Assembly (NCBI GenBank): GCA_963765575.1
Contig: CAVXWZ010000002.1
Coordinates: forward strand, 192,001-256,000
DNA: 64,000 bases
Source: an uncultured cyanobacterium
GTDB taxonomy: Bacteria; Cyanobacteriota; Cyanobacteriia; PCC-6307; Cyanobiaceae
Direction of reading: 5' to 3'
Within the stretch, counting starts at the first letter, position 1, and every line of letters begins with the position of its first letter. Under the pieces are notes generated by a model, which searched no databases, was not told the origin of the DNA, and was given only the letters and a program-made list of their open reading frames with translations. This document shows, piece after piece, positions 58,193-64,000 of the stretch. Position numbers and translations under genes: made by a program.

Positions 58193-58851
58193 ACGCCCCC
58201 CCGGGCCTGCCGCGCCGCCTGGTGGTCTGCGGCACCGACACCGACGTGGGCAAGACCCTGGTGAGCGCCTGGCTGGTGCAGGGGCTGGGCGCCAGCTACT
58301 GGAAGCCGGTGCAGAGCGGCCTGGCCGATGGCGGCGACAGCGCCACGGTGCGCCGCCTGCTGGATCTGCCCCGCGAGCGCCTGCTGCCCGAGGCCTACCG
58401 GCTGCAATCCCCCGTGTCCCCCCACTGGGCCGCCGAGCGCGACGGCGTGCAACTCGAACCCGAGCGCCTGGCGCTGCCGGCCGGCGATGGGCCCCTGGTG
58501 GTGGAGACCGCCGGCGGCCTGCTGGTGCCGCTGCGCCGCGACTGGCTGCAGATCGAGCAGCTGCAGCGCTGGGGCCTGCCGCTGCTGCTGGTGGCCCGCA
58601 GCGGCCTGGGCACCCTCAACCACACCCTGCTGTCGCTCGAGGCCCTGCGCGCCCGGGCCCTCACCGTGCTGGGGCTGGTGCTCAACGGCCCCCCCCACGC
58701 CGACAACCCCCGCACCCTCGAGCAGCTGGGGGGGGTGCCGGTGCTGGCCCAGCTGCCCCGCCTCGCCAGCCCCAGCGCCGCCACCCTCGCCGAGCAGTGG
58801 CGCCAGCAGGCCATGGGACGCCACTGGCCAGCAGCGGAGCCCACGCCATGA
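58138..58851 (+). CDS. bioD: Dethiobiotin synthase (true start probably near 58189)
   Basis: GTDTDVGKT, YWKPVQSG, VETAGGLLVP, LGTLNHTLL. Confidence 0.92.
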   Translation: MGGAAADRPATWPPPTALNAPPGLPRRLVVCGTDTDVGKTLVSAWLVQGLGASYWKPVQSGLADGGDSATVRRLLDLPRERLLPEAYRLQSPVSPHWAAERDGVQLEPERLALPAGDGPLVVETAGGLLVPLRRDWLQIEQLQRWGLPLLLVARSGLGTLNHTLLSLEALRARALTVLGLVLNGPPHADNPRTLEQLGGVPVLAQLPRLASPSAATLAEQWRQQAMGRHWPAAEPTP

Positions 58852-59003
58852 CCCGCCGCGACAGCCTGGTCACCGCCGCCGTGCTGCTGATCTGCGCCGG
58901 AATCCTGGTGCTGTTCACCGACGCCGAGATCCGGGCGGTGCGCTGGCTGAACTGCGGCCCGCTGGCCAGTCCCGCTGCACGCGACAGCGAAGCCTGCCGC
59001 TGA
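58848..59003 (+). CDS. Small membrane protein (51 aa)
   Basis: ATGA overlap with bioD. MTRRDSLVTAAVLLICAGILVLFTD..VRWLNC: one TM helix plus two Cys. Confidence 0.6.
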   Translation: MTRRDSLVTAAVLLICAGILVLFTDAEIRAVRWLNCGPLASPAARDSEACR

Positions 59004-59020
59004 GCGTGTGGCAGCCCCCC

Positions 59021-59287
59021 TCAGGGGCCGGCCAGGATCGCCGCCTCGGCGTCGGCGCGGGAGAGGCCATAGGGGAAGCAGCGCTCGCTCTGGCAACCAT
59101 CGGCGTGCCAGCTCACCTTCAGCTCCTCCACCTCCAGCTCGATGCGGGCACTCCACTCCGGCCGGTGCAGATCCCAGAGACAGGGGTCGCTGCGCTCCTG
59201 CAGCGCCCCCAGCCGCCTCAGCCAGATCTCCAGGGCCGGCAGGGGGTGCTTGTAGAGGGGGGTATCGGGGCTGGGCAGCTGGCTCAT
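59021..59287 (-). CDS. DUF3143-family protein
   Basis: LPSPDTPLYKHPLPALEIWL, FPYGLSRADAEAAILAGP. Confidence 0.78.
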   Translation of the reverse strand: MSQLPSPDTPLYKHPLPALEIWLRRLGALQERSDPCLWDLHRPEWSARIELEVEELKVSWHADGCQSERCFPYGLSRADAEAAILAGP

Positions 59288-59299
59288 GGGGTCAGGGTC

Positions 59300-59782
59300 T
59301 CACGCGGGGGGCCACCAGCTGGGCCACTCGGCCAGGGCCGCCCCCCGCGCCCAGGCCAGCCCCACCCCCAGCACGAGGCTGAACAGCAGCGCCAGCCCCA
59401 GCAGCAGCAACGCCAGCCACTCGCCACCGGAGAGCGCCCGGCGCACCGAATCGGGCCCGGTGCCCAGCGCCGGCGGCACCGGCGGCCTGGTCGCCACAGC
59501 GGCAGCACGGCTGCCGGCGGCGGCGGCCGCCGCCAGCGCGGCCAGGCGCAGCTGGGCGTCGTAGCGGCGGCGGGCCTCCGGATCGCTGAGCACCGCATAG
59601 GCCTGCTGCAGCCGCTGGAAGGCCGGCTCCGCCTCCACCGCCGGCAGGCTGGTGGTGTCGGGGTGGTACTGCTTGCTGAGGCTGCGGAAGGCCCGGCGCA
59701 GCTCCTCGGCCGAAGCGCCCATCGGCAGCTGCAGCAGCTGGTAGTGGCTGGCGCCGAAGCGGGGCGTGCTGCCGGAGTTCAC
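59300..59782 (-). CDS. J-domain (DnaJ-like) membrane protein
   Basis: [36 protein letters not shown] plus a TM segment. Start is approximate. Confidence 0.8.
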   Translation of the reverse strand: MNSGSTPRFGASHYQLLQLPMGASAEELRRAFRSLSKQYHPDTTSLPAVEAEPAFQRLQQAYAVLSDPEARRRYDAQLRLAALAAAAAAGSRAAAVATRPPVPPALGTGPDSVRRALSGGEWLALLLLGLALLFSLVLGVGLAWARGAALAEWPSWWPPA

Positions 59783-59841
59783 CAACGGCGGAGGGGCCGA
59801 TCTGGTGGATCCTAGGGATCTCCACCCGCCCGTCAGTCCGG

Positions 59842-60687
59842 ATGCCCCCATCCCCCGCCGGTGAGAGCCGCTCCAGCCTCTGGCAGCGGCTGGGCTGGCA
59901 GCCCAGCGCCGAGCAGAACCAGCAGTTCGAGGCCCTGCAGCAGCAGCTGCGGCAGTGGAACGGCCGCCTCAACCTCACCCGCCTGGTGGAGGGCGACGAC
60001 TACTGGATCGCCCAGGTGTTCGACAGCCTCTGGCCCCTGGTGCCCCTGCTGCAGGCCCCTGCGGCCCCAGCGTCTGCCGACTCGGCCCTGCGCCCGGATC
60101 CGCCCCTGCGCCTGATTGATGTGGGCACCGGCGGCGGCTTCCCCGGTCTGGCGGTGGCGATCGCCCTGCCCACAGCCCAGCTCACCCTGGTGGATTCAGT
60201 GGGCCGCAAACTGGAGGCGGTGCGGGCGATGGCCACCGAGCTGGGGCTGGAGCAGCGCCTCAGCCTGCGCTGCGAGCGCATCGAGCGCACGGGCCGCGAC
60301 CCCGCCTGCCGCGGCCGCTTCGACTGGGCCCTGGCCCGGGCCGTGGCCAGCGCGCCGGTGGTGGCCGAATACCTGCTGCCACTGCTGGCTCCCCAGGGCC
60401 GCGCCCTGCTCTACCGCGGCCAGTGGAGCTCCGCCGACCAGGCCGCCCTGGAGCGGGCGCTGACGCCGCTGCGGGCCGGCATGGAGCGTTGCCGCAGCCT
60501 GGAGCTTCCCGGCGGCCGGGGGCTGCGCCATGCCCTGGTGCTCCAGCCCACCGGCCCCTGCCCCGGCGCCTATCCGCGGGCGGTGGGTGTGCCCGCCAAA
60601 CAGCCCCTGGGCAGTGCCGCGGCGAGCCCGGCCAGCCCTACTCGGCCATCAGGCGCTGCACGGCCTGGCCGCCGAGCCGTTCCCTGA
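59842..60687 (+). CDS. rsmG: 16S rRNA m7G527 methyltransferase
   Basis: [38 protein letters not shown]. Confidence 0.92.
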   Translation: MPPSPAGESRSSLWQRLGWQPSAEQNQQFEALQQQLRQWNGRLNLTRLVEGDDYWIAQVFDSLWPLVPLLQAPAAPASADSALRPDPPLRLIDVGTGGGFPGLAVAIALPTAQLTLVDSVGRKLEAVRAMATELGLEQRLSLRCERIERTGRDPACRGRFDWALARAVASAPVVAEYLLPLLAPQGRALLYRGQWSSADQAALERALTPLRAGMERCRSLELPGGRGLRHALVLQPTGPCPGAYPRAVGVPAKQPLGSAAASPASPTRPSGAARPGRRAVP

Positions 60688-61855
60688 GCCGCCGCAGAAG
60701 TTCGGGGATGCGCTCCGCCCAGGGGCTGGCCGCCAGCACGGCCCGCAAGTCCGCTTCGCTCACGGCGGCGTCGAGGGCATCGGCGTTGGCCCCGGGAAAC
60801 CAGTGGCTGCCCTGACCCAGCAGGCCGTAGCGGGCACGGGCATAGCCCTCCAGATCCCAGGCCTCGATCAGGTTGTGCAGCCAGAGCAGCACCGGCAGGT
60901 TGATCTGGCCCGGGGTGTCGCCCCAGGCGGGCAGGCCCTGCTCCCAGCTCGCCAGCCAGCTCGCGCCCAGGGCCTCGAGCCGGGCCGTCTCCAGACGCCG
61001 CAGCAGCGGCGGCAGCAGGTCATCGGCCTGCTCCAGCAGCCCCACCGCCTGCAGATGGCGATCGAGATCCTGCGGCCCGGCAGCACCCACACTGATCGTG
61101 TGGATCCCGGGAGCGCTGAGGCAGAAGAGATCGTTGAACACGATCGGATGCAGCGGCGCACACAACTCCTCGATCCGCGCCGAGGGGCTGTGCAGATGGC
61201 CACCCTTGTCGGTGGGGCTGATCACGAACACCCCCATGTCATGGGCCATCGCCAACGCGATGGCGGGGCTGTTGGCCTGGCGGATGAAATACCAGTGCAG
61301 GTTCACGTAGTCGAAGGCGTCGCTGGCGATCGCCTCGCCGATCAGCTCCAGGGGGGCATGGGTGGAGAAGCCGATCGAGCCCACCCGCCCCTCGGCCTGC
61401 CAGCGCCGGGCCACCTCCAGGCAGCCACCGGGCCGCAGGGTGTGCTCCAGGTGCTCGGGCAGGTTGAGGCCATGGATCGCCAGCAGATCCACCCGCTCCA
61501 CCGCCAGCCGCTCGAAGCTGGTGGCCAGCTCCGCCTCGAAGGCGGCCGCATCCGCCTGGGGCGGCACCTTGGTCTGCAGGATGCGCCGGGGATCGCTCAC
61601 CTGCTGCAGCAGCCAGCCCAGCTGGCGCTCACTGGTGCCGTAGTGGCGAGCGGTTTCGATGTGGTGCAGGCCATGGCCCACGGCCTTCTGCAGCAGCGCC
61701 CGCAGGTTGGCCTGGCTGTCGCCAGCGATCTGCTCGGCGGGCAGATCGCTCCAGCTCTGCTGAAAGCGCATCCCCCCCAGGGAGAGCACCGGCATGGCCA
61801 GCTCCGTGCGCCCGAAGCGCCGGCTGGGAATCGGCGCTGGCGGCGGAGCGGCCAT
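60638..61855 (-). CDS. Aldo/keto reductase
   Basis: [38 protein letters not shown]. Confidence 0.88.
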   Translation of the reverse strand: MAAPPPAPIPSRRFGRTELAMPVLSLGGMRFQQSWSDLPAEQIAGDSQANLRALLQKAVGHGLHHIETARHYGTSERQLGWLLQQVSDPRRILQTKVPPQADAAAFEAELATSFERLAVERVDLLAIHGLNLPEHLEHTLRPGGCLEVARRWQAEGRVGSIGFSTHAPLELIGEAIASDAFDYVNLHWYFIRQANSPAIALAMAHDMGVFVISPTDKGGHLHSPSARIEELCAPLHPIVFNDLFCLSAPGIHTISVGAAGPQDLDRHLQAVGLLEQADDLLPPLLRRLETARLEALGASWLASWEQGLPAWGDTPGQINLPVLLWLHNLIEAWDLEGYARARYGLLGQGSHWFPGANADALDAAVSEADLRAVLAASPWAERIPELLRRLRERLGGQAVQRLMAE

Positions 61856-61860
61856 GGCCT

Positions 61861-62274
61861 TCAGGAGGTCCCGCGGCGCGGCAGGGTGCGCTTGAGGCGC
61901 GACGGGGTGGGCAGTCCCAGGGGCTGAATATCCTGCGTGGCCAACTGGTCCACCAGGCCAGGCACGTCCTCGTAGTCCACCCAGTGGATGCAGTCCACCG
62001 GGCAGGTGTCAATCGCCTCCTGGATGCGGTCAGTGCTGTCGCCGTCCTGGCGGATCGCCCGGGAGCGGCCCCAGTCGGATTCCACCACGAAGGTGTTGGC
62101 GGCCACATGGGCGCAGTAGCGGCAGCCGATGCACACCGCCTCATCCACCCACACGGCCTTTTGGCGGAGCTCACCGCCCAGCACCGGCTCAGCGCCGCTG
62201 GCCAGGGCGTCCGGCGCCGGGGGCGCCGCAAAGGCCAGGGCCGGATCCACCGATGCCGCCACAGACTGCTCCAT
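61861..62274 (-). CDS. Ferredoxin (3Fe-4S/4Fe-4S)
   Basis: VWVDEAVCIGCRYCAHVA, AIDTCPVDCIHW. Confidence 0.88.
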   Translation of the reverse strand: MEQSVAASVDPALAFAAPPAPDALASGAEPVLGGELRQKAVWVDEAVCIGCRYCAHVAANTFVVESDWGRSRAIRQDGDSTDRIQEAIDTCPVDCIHWVDYEDVPGLVDQLATQDIQPLGLPTPSRLKRTLPRRGTS

Positions 62275-62294
62275 GCTCACTGCCAGCCGCCGGC

Positions 62295-62684
62295 TCAGAC
62301 CCAGCGGGTGACCACCAGCTCGATGCTGCCGTCAGCGGTGTCGCTCTGCTCGCTCACCTGGAAACCCTCGTCGAGGCTGGCCGCCAGGATGCTGCGCAGG
62401 GCGTAGCGCTGGTTGAGCTGGGCCAGGAAACGCTCCACCGGCACAGGCTGTTTCCACAGCTGCAGGTCGGCCACCAGCTCATAGCAACCGCTGTCGGGAT
62501 TGAGGCGGAAGCCGATGTCGGTGCCATCGGGCTGGGCGATGGCCAGCTCGGCGGTTTCGATCTGGCCGCGGTAGCCACGCACGCTCTGGCTGCCCTGGCG
62601 GGGCTCATGGCCCATGTCCACGAGGGCCGCATGCAGGGCATCGCGGTCGCGCAGCTCGGTCTTCACGGTGCTGAAGTGGGACAT
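62295..62684 (-). CDS. DUF1257 / Ycf35-like protein
   Basis: MSHFSTVKT, VRGYRGQ, DIGFR, YELVADL, QRYA, ELVVTRW. Confidence 0.85.
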   Translation of the reverse strand: MSHFSTVKTELRDRDALHAALVDMGHEPRQGSQSVRGYRGQIETAELAIAQPDGTDIGFRLNPDSGCYELVADLQLWKQPVPVERFLAQLNQRYALRSILAASLDEGFQVSEQSDTADGSIELVVTRWV

Positions 62685-62694
62685 GGCGCAGAAA

Positions 62695-62916
62695 TCAGGA
62701 CAGCGGGGTGGTGGACTGGGCGGCAGGTTGTACCTGGCGTTGGGGATTGGCGATGGCCTGGTAGGCCTCGGCGGTGGGCCGGCGCTGCTGCACGGCACCG
62801 AGACGGGCTTCGAGCCGCTCGGTGAGTTGTTCGCAGCCCGCGCCCACCACGCCTTCCACAAGCTCCTCCACGCGGCCGTCGGGCCGGATGCGGAAGCGGA
62901 TGGTTTGCTGTGCCAT
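62695..62916 (-). CDS. DUF2997-family protein
   Basis: IRFRIRPDGRVEELVEGVVGAGC..LTERLEARLG. Confidence 0.82.
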   Translation of the reverse strand: MAQQTIRFRIRPDGRVEELVEGVVGAGCEQLTERLEARLGAVQQRRPTAEAYQAIANPQRQVQPAAQSTTPLS

Positions 62917-62971
62917 CCCAGGCCTGGCAGAGGGTTGGCGGATGCTAACCGCAGAGGACAGGATGCCGTGC

Positions 62972-63796
62972 TCAGCTCAGCAGTCCTTCGTCCACCAGGG
63001 TCTGCAGCCGCTCGAGCACTTCAGGCCGTTCCAGCTGCTCCAGCGCCAAGCGCGCTTCATCGCGCACCCCTGATTCGCCGTCGTGCAGCATCGTCTGCAG
63101 CAGCGACTCCACCAGGTCCTGCTGGCGCGGCTCCACCAGATCGGGGTAGAGACGCCCCAGCCCCCAGGCGCTGTTGCTGCGCACCGCCGGCTCGCTGTCG
63201 ATGCGCAGGCTGAGCAGCAGCTGGGCGGCAGCGGGATCGGCCTTCGCCGGACCGGTGCCGCCGGCATCGGCCAGGGAACTGGCCGCCCAGAGGCGCACCG
63301 CGGCGATGTCCGTCTGCAGGGTGCGGATCAGGGGGTTGAGCACCGGCGCCTCCGGGTAGTTGCCCAGGCTCCAGGCCACCGCCTTGCGCACGTAGCCGTT
63401 GTCGTCGCCGCTCAGCAGGGCCAGCAGGGGCTCCACGGCCAGCGGGCTGGGGTTGCGGCCGAGGGCATAGACCGCGCTCATGCGCAGGATCGGGCAGCTG
63501 CCCCCCAGCAGGGGCAACAGCAGGGGCACCGCCCGCGGGTCGCGGTGCTCGCAGAAGATGCGCAACCCCTGCATCAGGCCTTCGTGGCCGGCGCTGGCCT
63601 CACCGCGGCGCAGCAGCTCCAGACCCCGGTCGCACTCGGCAGCAACGGCCGCCGGCCCGGGCTCGCTGCTGTCGAGCTCGTCGAGGGGGTCGCCGAGCAG
63701 CTCCTGGGCCAGCTCCTGGGCCAGCACCTCGGGGTCGAGGTAGAGCTCGTGGGGGCTCTGCTCCGGGTAGGGACCGCTGGTCACGGCGGCGCTCAA
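62972..63796 (-). CDS. HEAT-repeat (PBS lyase-like) protein
   Basis: Repeated R..A..ALG units: RMSAVYALG, DNGYVRKAVAWSLG, VRLWAASSL, VRSNSAWGLG. Confidence 0.85.
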   Translation of the reverse strand: MSAAVTSGPYPEQSPHELYLDPEVLAQELAQELLGDPLDELDSSEPGPAAVAAECDRGLELLRRGEASAGHEGLMQGLRIFCEHRDPRAVPLLLPLLGGSCPILRMSAVYALGRNPSPLAVEPLLALLSGDDNGYVRKAVAWSLGNYPEAPVLNPLIRTLQTDIAAVRLWAASSLADAGGTGPAKADPAAAQLLLSLRIDSEPAVRSNSAWGLGRLYPDLVEPRQQDLVESLLQTMLHDGESGVRDEARLALEQLERPEVLERLQTLVDEGLLS

Positions 63797-63918
63797 GCCA
63801 GGGGAGCCGGGGCAGCCATGTCGCTGGGCAGCCAGATGCGGGCGCTCACGGCCACCAGGGCGAGGGCGAAGAGCAGCACGATCGTCGCCGGCAGCAGGGT
63901 GGAGCGAAGAAATTGCAC
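63793..63918 (-). CDS. Small single-TM protein (41 aa), absent from the ORF track
   Basis: GTG 63918 gives MQFLRSTLLPATIVLLFALALVAVSARIWLPSDMAAPAPLA*; the stop overlaps the TTG start of the HEAT gene. Confidence 0.7.
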   Translation of the reverse strand: MQFLRSTLLPATIVLLFALALVAVSARIWLPSDMAAPAPLA

Positions 63919-64000
63919 AGTCAGCAAAAGGCAGGGTTGGTGCCGCCTCCCATCATCACCCCTGTGGTGACTGACCCAGCACCTGACGGAGCCCGCCCTG

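Noticed and set aside
3198..61333. Scattered GCGATCGC (HIP1) octamers
   Set aside because: Only a handful noticed by eye; enrichment cannot be established without counting against a background model.
1..64000. CRISPR arrays, tRNA/rRNA genes, prophage, integron or anti-phage defence systems
   Set aside because: No repeat-spacer arrays, RNA gene signatures, integrases or recognisable defence genes were seen; the helicase is a core Ski2-like gene.

Overview
High-GC picocyanobacterial (Cyanobium/Synechococcus-like) chromosomal segment; the taxon is inferred from the core genes (DUF1997, Ski2-like helicase, bio operon, DUF3143, rsmG, ferredoxin, Ycf35-like, DUF2997, HEAT protein). 1-41.3 kb is a large surface-polysaccharide/capsule locus. 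It holds neuA, three tandem DUF6716-like GT-B paralogues, a CBS-NeuB-SAF-TIM-barrel fusion, several sulfotransferase-fold genes and a CDP-sugar C-methylation module (rfbF, rfbG, rfbC-like, C-methyltransferase). It also holds many glycosyltransferases and a kpsT-kpsM-kpsE export set in which the KpsT homologue has lost every ATPase motif. Divergent from the export genes sit a Tat-signal GH33 sialidase and a translationally coupled APH-like kinase. About 44.55-55.55 kb is a visibly AT-richer glycosylation island carrying IS3, IS1595 and an IS5 remnant; its borders fall inside the 5' ends of the helicase and bioF. The rest is core genome: bioF-esterase-bioC-bioD with no adjacent bioA, then rsmG and others. 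More than a dozen single-base frameshifts, nearly all +1 and including bioF, look like assembly errors, so split ORFs were joined. Family assignments come from motif recognition by eye, not database searches.
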